The notes beneath the pieces were generated by a model. The model ran no database searches. It was given only the letters and a program-made list of their open reading frames with translations, and had not been told where the DNA came from. 64,000 nt of DNA from Rhizaria sp. SCN 62-66. Taxonomy: Eukaryota. Made by a program: the position numbers and the translations under genes. The stretch lies in the NCBI GenBank assembly GCA_001724265.1, contig MEDY01000122.1, positions 1-64,000 on the forward strand. The letters run 5' to 3'. Each line of letters starts with the position of its first letter. The first letter of the stretch is position 1. Shown here in pieces: positions 10,476 through 22,000 of this stretch.

Positions 10476-12089
10476 TCACGCCAAGTTCTGTTCGAGACAG
10501 GGCGGGACGGCGTGCCGCACGCGCTGCTCCCGCGGTGCGATGTCCCAATTGGGTGACTTCTGCACGCGGTGCCAGTGGAAATCCGCGACGTGTGCCCACG
10601 CGCTCGTCGACGCCTCCTGCTCGGGGGTGAGACCGCCCCAGAGCGCGTCGCTGTTGAGCTGCTCCTTGCTCCAAAGCCCCTCGACACCAACAATGTCGCT
10701 CTTATCACTCTTGTCGCTCTCCGCACTGACGGTGCCAGGGCCGGCGCTGTCGCGATGCGGGGGCAAGAGCCCTGCGCCGCCCGCAAGCGGGACGGGGATC
10801 TGCGCGTCCCGCGCAAGCGCGGCCACGCGGGGCCCGTCCAGTGTATACGGTGCGAACAGCACGGCGCTCGTGTGCTCGATGATGGGCTCGGACCGCGTGG
10901 CGAGGGAGAAGTGCGTCCGCTGCGTGTGGTGAATGCGCGCCTGGCGGCAGGCCACGGCCACGAAGGCGTTGCGCACGCGCTCGATGTGCGCCGAGCCCGC
11001 GACGGGACCGAAAAACAGGACGCTGTTAGAGATGTCGTTGAAGCGTAGCGCGACTAAGGGAGTACTTACCGCGACGACGACGCACTGGTCCAAGTGCGTC
11101 AGCCACAGATCCGTGCCCGTGAAGTCGCGGTCGATGTTCACGATGCGCCACGGAGCGTCTAAGGGGGTACTTACATCGTCGTTGAGGTTGAGGTACTGGT
11201 GGGTCCAGGGGGGCAGAACGTCGGCGCCCCCCTTAGACGAGGCGACAATGCTCTCGGCAGTGTAAGTACCCGGGATATCCTTCCAGCTACGAGTACTTGC
11301 ATTATCCTTGTTGTTGTTGTTGTTGTTGCCGATGATGATGATGCAACGACGTAAGTTCGTCACATCAGGAGCAGCACCATCAATGTTACTGCTACTGCTG
11401 CTACTGCTGTTGCTGCTGTTGCTGCGGTTCGCGTCGTTTGCACTGCTGCTCTTGCTGAAGTCCGCCACGTGGGCGGAGACGGGCGTGGGGGCAACCATAC
11501 CGCTGCCAGCACCGCTTGTACTCGCACTCGCACTCGAGTCAGCTGCAGTCGCGAAGAACATGGACGCATTCTTGATCTGACTGTTCGCGTTGTTGCTGCC
11601 CGGAGCAACAGGGAGCTCTGGCCCGGACACAACAGTACCAGCAGCGGCAGCGCCCACGCCGCCAGCAGGCGCTGTGCTGCCACTGCTGGAGTCGGCCGCG
11701 CTGACCGCGTTGGCGCCGGCGCCGGCAGGTAGTGGGCGGCGGACGAAGGAGAACTGTGCCTTAGGCAAGGCCTTATCGCGGGAGGTTTCCACGGCGGCGA
11801 TGAGATAGTTGATCGCGAGCGTGCACTTGCGCTGCACGTAGCTCGGCAGCCCCTCCGAGATCTCGGCCAGCTTGCGCTGCAGCGCGATTGCGGTCGTGGT
11901 GGCCGTGGCGAACGCCGCCTCGGTCTCGGCGCGGTTGCCGGGGTGCGCGTTGGCGATCGTCGTCTCCAGCAGCACGAACACGGACGCGCGCGCCAACTCG
12001 ACTTCGGCGATAAAGGCGTCGGAGCGGTCCACGACGGCGCCGCGGGAAGGCGCGGTGGTCGCCGTTGAGGGGACGTCAGGAGTGCTCAT
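10476..12089 (-). CDS. TBCC: Tubulin-binding cofactor C (537 aa, single exon)
   Basis: N-terminal helical region with LPSY...PKAQFSF; C-terminal GPVAGSAHI, CRQARIH (catalytic Arg region), PIIE..FAPY, WAHVADFHW..SPNW. Confidence 0.92.
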   Translation of the reverse strand: MSTPDVPSTATTAPSRGAVVDRSDAFIAEVELARASVFVLLETTIANAHPGNRAETEAAFATATTTAIALQRKLAEISEGLPSYVQRKCTLAINYLIAAVETSRDKALPKAQFSFVRRPLPAGAGANAVSAADSSSGSTAPAGGVGAAAAGTVVSGPELPVAPGSNNANSQIKNASMFFATAADSSASASTSGAGSGMVAPTPVSAHVADFSKSSSANDANRSNSSNSSSSSSSNIDGAAPDVTNLRRCIIIIGNNNNNNKDNASTRSWKDIPGTYTAESIVASSKGGADVLPPWTHQYLNLNDDVSTPLDAPWRIVNIDRDFTGTDLWLTHLDQCVVVAVSTPLVALRFNDISNSVLFFGPVAGSAHIERVRNAFVAVACRQARIHHTQRTHFSLATRSEPIIEHTSAVLFAPYTLDGPRVAALARDAQIPVPLAGGAGLLPPHRDSAGPGTVSAESDKSDKSDIVGVEGLWSKEQLNSDALWGGLTPEQEASTSAWAHVADFHWHRVQKSPNWDIAPREQRVRHAVPPCLEQNLA

Positions 12090-12684
12090 GGCGGAACAGG
12101 GGCGCTTGCTCGAAAACGGCTCTATAAGAAGGGTTCAAAGTAACGAGTAAAGACGGTTGTTGGAGACATCTTGAGAAGATATACATAGCAAAATTGAAAT
12201 ATAGAGATCATTTGATAAGGCATATGTTGTGGTTAAGTCGTGTTGACGATGAGCACAGGCTCGTTTGGTTAGCTCAGGTCGGTCGTTTGTTCGTTCGTTC
12301 GTTGGTGGCTAGCTGGCAGCTTTTTTTTCGGTCCACTCACGCCAGGCCTGCATCTAACGCCTCATCATCATACATTACTGAGTACCTATTTATCTCGATG
12401 AATACTGCTTCTACAAAGAATATTAAAAGACATTAACAATTATAAATGTGAATTTAGTTTAAGAAATTGGTTCATATTTTATTTCACGATGTATATCATG
12501 CAGAACTTGCCGTTTTTTAAAAATGATAGCCGTTGGGCGTTATTAACTGATCGTCAAGCAAATCCTTCTGCATCTCCACAACAACTCTTTTAAATGCATT
12601 AAAGACCCAAGAATATGGAGCTGTAACACATATTAATTAACAATATTTTGCTTTAACACCATTTCTTGCCTGTATAGAGACCGT

Positions 12685-15600
12685 ATGAGTGTTCGCGATC
12701 GCGGCGCTGGCCCCAGCCCAAGCCCGGACCTGCTCGATCCCGTCTCTCAGCTCGACTACAACGACGATAACGACGCTGAAAACGCCGCTCCGTCTTCCCC
12801 CACAGCGTCGTCTGCCGGCGTTGACATCAAGGTTGTGCATGCGTCTGCAGGGCGCCGCTTCCAGTTCACCCAGCGCTCGGCGTCCAAGCCCCGGCCCACG
12901 AAGGCCTCCGAGGCCATGGCCGTCGCAAGGTGCGTTTATATATGCCTTAACGAGCAATTAAGCGAAGATTTTGTTATATGATATGAACTTTTTGTTAGTT
13001 TACTACGCACGCGGTGTACCACGGAACTCCTTGATTTGACAAAGATATCACTCATTGTAAGTCTTCTTCTCCCCTCGTGTTTCGTCACTGGCCACTTGTT
13101 TCTTCCCGTGCTCGCTGCTCTCAGGGCCGCTGCGCGCGTCAACCCCGAGTCTGCGGCCAAAGTGCGTCCCGGCGACCGCCTGACGATTACACCCGTCGCT
13201 GCCAAGCGCACTGCCTCTCGCACAGAAGGTGCTGGTACTGGCACTGGCGCTGGCGCTGGCGCTGGCGCTGGCGCTGGCAATGCTGCGACGCCGAGTGGCT
13301 GTGGCGTTGTGCCTGTGTTCTCACCGACGCACTCGCAGTCCCGATCACAGGCGCAGGCGCAGGGTGCGACCGCGAGTGGGGTCCGCCGCGGCAGCGTCCC
13401 CAACCTCGCTACTCACAGCGGTAACAGCAACAGCAACAGTAATGCGAGTGCGAATGCTAGTGCTGCCGCGAGTGGGCGCACGCTTTCGGCTGTTTTGGGC
13501 GTCAAGACGGGCACTCCCGCCCGGCTCACAGTCACCCCGCGCACCGCATCCCGCACCGCCAGTCACACTGCAACTGGAGCGCTCGGCAAGCCCTCGACTA
13601 GCACTGCGAGTGCTGCCGCGAACGTCGGCGTCAACAGCAGCGCCTCCAGGCCGTTGCGCCCCCTCACGGCCGCGTCCGCCTTCGCCAGCAGCCACAATGC
13701 GAGCGCTAGTAACAGCTCGAAGGGGGCTGTTTCTGGTGCCGGCGCACTTAGCGCGTCTAAGGGGGTCGGCGCTGGTGTAAGTGCCCGCAATCACACTCCC
13801 GCTAAGCTTGGCAGCGGTCGCCTCAGCTATTCAGTCGGCAACAACAACATGAGTCGCAGCGGTCTTACAAACAGCATCAGCACAAGCGCAGGCGCAAGTG
13901 CTAGAGCTGCTAGTGCGACCCAAGCGCAGGCTCAGGCCGAGACTGCGACTGCTGCTGCCGCCGTTGTTGTTCCTGATAACGCCGCTGCGGCCCAGACTGC
14001 GGCCGAGGCTGCGGCCGAGGCTGAGGCTGAGGCTGAGGCTATCGAGGCTGACGCGAGTGCCGCTGACACTGTCGCTGCTTGCAACGATGATGACGACGTT
14101 GACGACTACGAGGACGACGAGAACGACGTCAGTGCAGTTGTCACGAACATGCAGAGCGCTTTCGATCTCGCTGCTGCAGACCACGACAACATGACGAACG
14201 GCAACGACGATGATGCTGACAACAACACTGCGAGTGCTATGGCGAACATCAGCGTCAACATTAGCACTGCTATGGCTGCTGCTGCTGCTCCAGAGGCTGC
14301 TGAGGCTGGCATGAGCAAACGCAGCTTCATGTCGACGTCTCAGTCTCTCGACACCAAGCCAGCTGAGGCGGACACCAACACTAGAGTCGCAAACAATAAC
14401 AACACCAACAACAGCAGTAGCAGTAATGACGTCGCGAGCAGTGGCTTTGCGGCTGCAGCTGGTGTAGTGAGCAACAACGGCAATCTGCTCGACTTGAGCA
14501 CTGTTATCGAAGAGTCATTCTTCAGTGACACAAACAACGTCAGCTTCATGACTGTGCTTTCCCCTCAGCAGCAGCAACAAGAGCTGCAAAGCAGCCAGTT
14601 CTACAGCAGCAGTAGCAGCCAGAGCTCGACTGGGTTTGCGCCGATCGCCACGAGCACTCTCAGCGCGCACACCGTCGCTGCGACTGCTCCTGCGTCTGCA
14701 GCTGCGGCTACGACTGCTGCGGGCGCGAGTGCCGCTGCTTGCGCAACTCCTATTGCGTTAGTGCCTGCGCCGCCCCGTCGCAGCCTCGCTCGCCACTCTC
14801 TCTCAAACAACAACAACAACATTATCTATAGCAATAGCAACACAAACAGTGAGAAGACTCTGTCGCCGCGGTCGTTCGCCGACCGCTTCATCGACAGCAC
14901 GGTGACCGAGAACGAGATCCTCAGACTGCGCCTCCGCCGGCAGGAGCTGCAGCGCATCTATGACAACGAGAACGACGCTGTCGAGGGCAACAACGTTGAC
15001 GTTGCTGAGAACCAAGGCAGCGCTATTCCTGACGCGAAGGCTGTTAGTCACGTCTATAACGCTGTCACCGAGAACGCAAACATCGATGCCGCTGCTAGCT
15101 CAAGTGCAAGCGACGCTGTTAATACCAGCAACAATAGTATCGCGAACGCGAACGCGAACGCTAACAGCAACGACTGGCGCCGCGGGAGCTTCCTCTCGCG
15201 CTCGTTCCGCCGCTCGTCGTTGCCGTGCATGCCGTCGCCGGACCACTGCCTCCGCGGCCGCGCCAGCTTCTTCGACCTTAGCACCGCGATGCAGGCCGAG
15301 CTCGATAAGTCGCGCACCAGCCTCGGCGCCAGCTTCGCGCTCAACAACACGAACGCGATCAACGCTGATGCCGTTAACACGAGTGCGAGCGCGAGCGCGA
15401 GCTCGAGTGCTGGCAGTGCAATGGGCGGGGTTGAGAGCCTGCTTGCGCGCGCGTTGGGCAATAAGGCCAGCGGCGGCGTCAGCAGCATTGCTGGCCTGAA
15501 GCTCACTGTCAACAACAACGCTCAATCAAGTTCTAATGCAAGCGCAAAGTGTGACTTTATCACGTCTGTCACGAACAACAAAACTAGCAACAAGACTGTT

Positions 15601-18472
15601 GTCAATGCTACTGCAACTGCAACTGCTGCTACTGTCAGTGCCGGTGAGAATAGCACTGCGGCTGCTGGTTCTCACAGCCAGAAGATGAGTCCTCTCAAGG
15701 CTGCTATTCTCCGCTCTAACGCAGCTAACTCCAAGACCAGCGTCGGCATCAAGATCGACACCAACGCTGCAGCTGCTGCGAGCGCTGAAGACATTGATAT
15801 CAACTTCGTCACCCCCGTTGCTTCTCATATCAGAGTCAACAGTCAAAACCACGCTGGAAACACGCTTTCTGCGAGCGCCAGCGCCGTCAGCATCGTCAGC
15901 TGCGGCGCGAGCGCTCCTAGTGCCGTCGACAGCGATGAAGACGATGACGACATTGCAAGCCTGGTCAGCATGGCCCACAGCAAGCTGACTGTGTCGCCGC
16001 CGCTGTCGACGGCGAAGCTGCTGAGCGATAGCGTGAGGATGATGCCCAGCAGCTCTGCTAACGTCAACGATAGCGATCACGCGGAGTATGCTCACGTTGA
16101 TGTCAATGCTGATGCGGTTCCTGCTGGCCACTCTGCTGCTGCTGCTGCTGTTGTTGCTGTTGAGAGAGACGGCGACAACGTCGTCGTTGTCAACAATGAT
16201 GACGCCAACAGCGACAACGACGATGACCAGTATGAAATTGACTCGGAGTCGCTTTCCGTCGTCAAGTGCCTTTCGTTCTCCTCTGACAACAACAACAGCT
16301 GCATCAACAGCAGCGACTGCGACAGCGCGTGCGCGAGTCCCAGCGCGTTCACCGGCCCGAACAGTGCTGGCTTCAAGATCAAGGCCACCAAGGGCTCGCC
16401 ACCCCCGCCGCACACGTTCTCTGCGATGGCACACAAGCAAGAGCTCACAATCGCCACGAACAATGATAGCGACAATAGCGATATTGACAACGACAACGCC
16501 GCCGACTGCAAGGCTGAGGCTGTTGTGGCTGTCACCGCTGCTAATGCTGAAGCTGTTTCTTGTGCTGCTGCTGCTGCTGCGGCGACGGCCGCTGAGGCCG
16601 ATACCGTGGATACTGTTGTTGCGTCGCCCCTCAAGTCGCCGCACCGCATCCGCGTGAGCGATGAGGCCGTGAACGCGCTCGCGCAGCAGCGCCGCCAGCA
16701 GCAGCTGCTGCAACAGCTGAACACTGACGCAGTCGCTAGCAATGGCGGTAGCAGCAGTGTTCCTGCTGCCGCCCGCCCCGCCTACGTCTCCCCTCCCCGT
16801 ACCAGCCTGACCTCCAGCACCAGCAGCAGCGCCAGCAGCAACGGTGTCATTTCGCCGCGCAATAGCACTGGCTCCAACGCTGCCGCAGGCGGCGCGAGCG
16901 CGTTGTCGCCGCGCTATTTCAGCAGCCAGGGCGGCGCTATCACTTCACCCAGGAACGCGAGCAGCAACAGCAGCAGCAGCAACAAGACTAGCACTAGTGC
17001 TGCAGCCAGCTCACAGCAGCCGCAGTCTCTGAGTGGTTTCATGTCTCCCTTCGCTGCTAACCGCGCTAAGGCGAGCACCAGCACTGGCGATAACGCTGTT
17101 AGCAGCACCAATGCTAGTGCCGTTGGCGCGACGCTGAGTGGTGTTGATACCGCCGGTGCAAGTGACGCCGAGGGAAGCGCCTCTGCTGCGTCTCCGTCGG
17201 TCTGCAGTGGTAATGACCGGCTCGCACGCGAGCGCCCCGCGCGGCCTTCGTTGTCTCCGTTCTCGCCTCCCATGTCGCACTCACACTTGCAGTCGCACTC
17301 TCAGTCGCATATGGGCAAGGTAACTGCGTCGCCCGGCTCTGGGTGGCGGATGTCTCTCTCTCTGCCCCAGAGCACCACCAACAACAACAGCACCAGCAAC
17401 AGCAACAGCGGAAACGCGATGGAAAATGACAGCAGCAGTGTTGTTACTGCTTCGTCTGCTGTCCCCGCAAGTGCCAGCGCTGCTGTGGGTCCGATGCCTT
17501 CCGTGTCGTTCAGCTACCACATCGACAGCACTTACACCGCCACTGCGACTGCTTCGTCTAAGTACCCCGCGAGCCGTCTTAGCGCCGTAGCGGCTTCGCA
17601 GTCGAAGGGCGTTTTGATGCGCCGCAGCAGCAGCCGCTTCGAGCCCCGCTGCGTGTCGCCGTCGACGCTGGAGCCCAAGCTGAGGAGTCCGGAGCTGCGG
17701 AGCAAGCGCGCCTCGGACGGCGCCGCACCGAGAAAGAGGTACGCACACGTGTCGCGATGGTTGAAGCTTTCTTTCAAATTATTTTGAGTTATTTGTATTT
17801 TTTTTTAATGGATTAGTTGAAATGAATATTTGTACTTTTAAATTATATATATGCATTAATCTCACTTTTTCGATGTATTGATTGGTTTTGTTTTTTGCCA
17901 GGGTGTCGTTCTGCCTGGAAGCCTCCCCGCAGGCGCAGCAGCAGTGGGAGCACGCCTACTGCCGCTGCGCAGCGGGCCCCCGCGCCTGTACGTGCGACTC
18001 AATTAACTGGGGCGACGCCGAGGCTGAGGCTGAGGCTGCTTCCTTGAGCGACAGTAACGGCAGCACCAGCGCGAACAGCAGCAGCTTCGACGCTCGGAGT
18101 TGCTCGACCGCCGCTGCTGCTGATGCTTGTAACGCCAGTGCTGACGCCAGCGCCCTGCCAGTGTGGAACCCCGTCGCTATCACGAACGACGACGACGATG
18201 ACGACGAGGACGAGGCAGGCGGAATGACTGTGGGCTCAGTCCTCACAAAGGCGGCCAAGGGAGTTGCTATTGGTGCGGCTCTTTTCGCGCTGTACAGGCT
18301 CAAACCTCAGCATATCACGGCAGCGAACACTGCTGCTGTTGCTGCTGTTGGCGCTGGCGCTGCTGCTAGTGGCAACGGAAGCGCTATCGCAAGGCACAGT
18401 GGTTTGATTGTGACTGTCCTCAAGACTGCTGGCACCGTTGTTGCCGCGATGTTATCTAAGTCCCTTTTTTAA
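12685..18472 (+). CDS. Large disordered Ser/Ala/Asn-rich hypothetical protein (~1,809 aa); exons 12685-12929, 13125-17738, 17902-18472
   Basis: Phase-consistent GT-AG introns. Many S/T-P-x-K/R sites, RKRVSF across the last junction, a small Cys cluster and hydrophobic C-terminal segments; TAA stop. Confidence 0.8.
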
Positions 18473-19079
18473 GAACTTTATTCAACAATGAACGAGTTTA
18501 TAAGTTAGAATACGAGTATTATTCACTTGACTATATTTTGATCTTTAATTTTCTTCTTTAGTTTTCTTCATTCTGTCTTGTTGCGTCTGTCTTTCGTTGC
18601 AAGTAACACGACTCAACATGAGTATCCATACATAACAGTCAACATCAAGTTCGTTGATCCATTATTTTCTATGAAATATCAACGAGGCTTAAGAGTAAGT
18701 TTTACTTAAAATGTAGAGTGTTAGGGTGCTCAAGGTATTCATGTGCAGTCGCGCACAGGGATAACATCATCATCGGATACGTCCTTCCGAAACGCACACC
18801 ACTGGTATAAAAAAGTGCAGAAGAATATGGAGCCGGCTGGTATGGCCAGTCACGCAATTTTTGCTGGTTCATGTGTGACCTTGATGAAATCATGATGGGA
18901 GATGAAAACGCGATAGAAAAACACGAAAAATAAGGCAAGATGCTGTATTACACCTGCAAACATAAACTAAGTGACATATTATATTCCACAAGGACTAGTA
19001 TATCCTATTTCTCAGCGATGCGTACATCGCAGTGCAACTCGGACGTATCACCGAAACTCTACGTTCTTCCCGAGGCTTT

Positions 19080-22000
19080 TCACTGTTCGCTGGTCGTACC
19101 AATCTCAAAGTCGGTGGCGATGACCTCGCCGAGCTCCTGCAGCCGCTGAATGGTCGAGTCGTGCTCTGTCCGCGGGGTCAAGTCGACGAGACCGTTACTC
19201 CTACACAAATCGCAAGTGATCACAACATTAAAGTGAAATGTAATGATGAGTTATAAAGAAAAAACGAAATAAAATATATATTCAAATGAGCACTTTTAAT
19301 TCAAGATATAGACAATTTCACATCAAAAATGTCAACAGTAGATCTTGACGTACCGTGCGATAGCGTCCTGGATGCCGTGCACGATGCCGTCCACGCCGGT
19401 GTAGATGGGCACGCCGTGGCGCACCGCAACGTCGCGCAGGAACGTCCTGGCGCGGTTCAGGTCCTTGACTTCCGCGGCCGGCAGCGTGTCTTTGCCGACG
19501 CACGCGTTGTCGGCCATGGGCTGCACCACGAGGACGACGTTGCGGCCGCGGCCGATGTACTCGGACGCCTCGAGCATGCTGCCGATCGCGCGCGTGCGGT
19601 TATCGATGACGAAGAAGAGCACCATGCTTTCCTCCTTGGCCTTGGCCTCGGCCTGCACCATCTCCGGCACCCAGTTGTCGACCTGGGGGTTGTAGTACGT
19701 CACGTGGTGCAGCTCGCACAGTGGGATCGCAATGTCGCGCCGCCACGTTGTGGGGTCGCAAGATCCACCCAGGTAGATCTCCGCCTCGGCCTCGACACTG
19801 TACCGCTGCGGCGGCGGCGGCGGCGGCGGCAGCGCCGGCCGGCGGTAGCTCGCGGTCGCACCCGCCGCGCCCGCGCTGGCGCTGCTGTTGAGGTTCGCCT
19901 GCGACGGGGACTGGTGGAGCAGGGTGAGGGCGTGGTTCAGAGAGGCCAGGTCGGTGATTTCGTGCGGGTTGACGGTGTCTTCCAGCTCGTCGCTCGGCAG
20001 CTCGTAGTCCAACGGCCCCCAAACAGCGCTGTGCAAGAAAAATAAAAGAGAGGATATTGAATGAGAATACCAGATGATGAAGTTTCAAAGTCGCCAAGCA
20101 AAGATAACGACGTCAAATACAAAAATACAAATGAAGAAACTTTTGTTCCTCGTTTTAAATATAAATTAGAGAGACACGTACCGTACACCCGCTTCGACAC
20201 AGCGCAGCTCGTCGGGCACCTTTGGCGGCGCAATGACAAAGCGCGCCGCGTCAGCCTCGTCAGCCGCCGCGCTCGCGCTGGCCGCCGCCGCCGCCGCGAC
20301 CGCCGCCGCCGCCGCCGCGTGGGCGCCCGTGGCCGTCAGGTCCGTGGCGAGCGCGGCCGTGGCCCCTGTGAGCTGCTGGCGCGCTAGGATGGCCTGCGCG
20401 CGCACGCGGAACACCGAGGGGATGAGCGCCGTCGCCGCGGCCGAGTGTGAGAGCTGTGCCTGCTCGGCCAGCACCGACATCGCGCCGCCGCTTACCGCGC
20501 TGTGGCCGTGGATGTAGCCGTGGCCGTGGTGGCCCGTGTTGGCGTTGGCGTTAGTGCTTTGCAGAGCGCGGCGGAAGCGCGCGGCGGGAGGCGACGCCCC
20601 GGCCTTGCCGCCAGCACTGACGCTGCCGCGCTTGGAGCTGTAGCTGCTGCCGCCGCCGTCGTCGTCATCGTCGTTGTCGTTACCCTCGGCGATGAGCCGC
20701 TTCTTAAGCGCGGCCGCCTTGGCGTAGGTCCTGACGTCCTTGTAGTAGACAACGCCGCTGGCGAGCGAGCGCAGCTTGGCAACGACGCCGCTGCCCAGCC
20801 CCAACGCGCCCAGTTTGACGCGCACCTTGCGCACCTGGCCGGCCTCAACGCGCTCGCGGAGCACGCGGAACTGCGCGCGGCGGTGCACGAAGACGCTTTC
20901 GTCGCCCGGCGGCGGCGGCGCGTCGACCACGGACTGCGAGTCGGCGACGACGGTCAGTGTGACCACCACGCCCGGTGGCTTTTGCGCGATCAAGTGCGCG
21001 AGGTCCTCCTTGGTGCGCACGCGCTCGCCGTCGCACGCCCACAGCACGTCGTTGGTGCGCAGACCGGCGGCGGCGGCGGCGCGGCGCGGGGCGACGAACG
21101 TGAGCGTGACCATGCCTTCGAGCGGGAACGTCTCAAACAGCGCGCCCAGGTCGGGCCGCCACGAGGCCTTGGCCTTGCGCGAGTAGTGGACAAGGATGCG
21201 CCCCACGGCCTGCGCGCTGCTGTTGTCGGCAACCTCCTGCAGGCGCGCCGTCCAGTTGGACACCAGGTCGATGGCCGACACGGCCGTGCAGATGTCGTTG
21301 ACGGCGCGCGAGGGCAACTGGCCCAGCGGCCGCTTCCACGACTCGAGGAACGCGATTAGGGCAGAGTACGCGCGCGACTTGAGTTTATCAGTCCCGCCGC
21401 GCGCGCCACCGACGAGGCGGTCCTTGTCCTTGGCGTTGCCGCCCTCGATAAGGGTTTTGGAGCTGGCAGAGGACAGCGCGTGCTTGCCTTTGCCCTTGCC
21501 GCCTTTGCCGCCCGCCGTGGCCGTGCTGTTCGAGCCCGCATTCGCGGCGTTAGCAGAAACGTTGTTGTTGGCGTCATTGCTCGTGTTGGTGTTCGAAGCG
21601 GCGCTCGCAGAGGCGGGGACAAGAGCCGTGGACGTAGTCGCGGTGCTCGAGGTGTTGGCACCGGCCTTGCTCTTGTCTTGATCGCAGAGGGCAGCGATGT
21701 TGTGCGGAAGAGTGATGAGTCCAGTGAACAAAGGAACGCCAGACATGCCCGCGACAAAGCCCTCTTTCGTGCTTAACAGACCATCTGCATCGTCATCGTC
21801 GTCATCAGCATCGTTGTTGCCGTCAAACGCGTCACCTGCGCTTGCGTTTGCAGCCGCGGCACCGTTCGCGCCCTTGCCCGCGCCGCTCGCGGCGGCAGTG
21901 TTGGCGCCGCCGTTGGCGATGGCAGCCGTCGTGCCAGCGCCGTTGCCGAGAGAGCCGTTGTAGGCTGCACGCATCGCAGGTAGCAGCATCTGCTTCTCGT

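Noticed and set aside
11159-11174. GTAAGTACCCCCTTAG (minus strand) as a 16-nt micro-intron
   Set aside because: Removal would frameshift TBCC, the motif occurs on both strands, and real donors here are GTRCGY.
18702-19079. Short ORFs or a further exon downstream of the Raw-like gene
   Set aside because: AT-rich and lacking coding codon style. A possible acceptor near 18955 may belong to a UTR intron, but this is unsupported.
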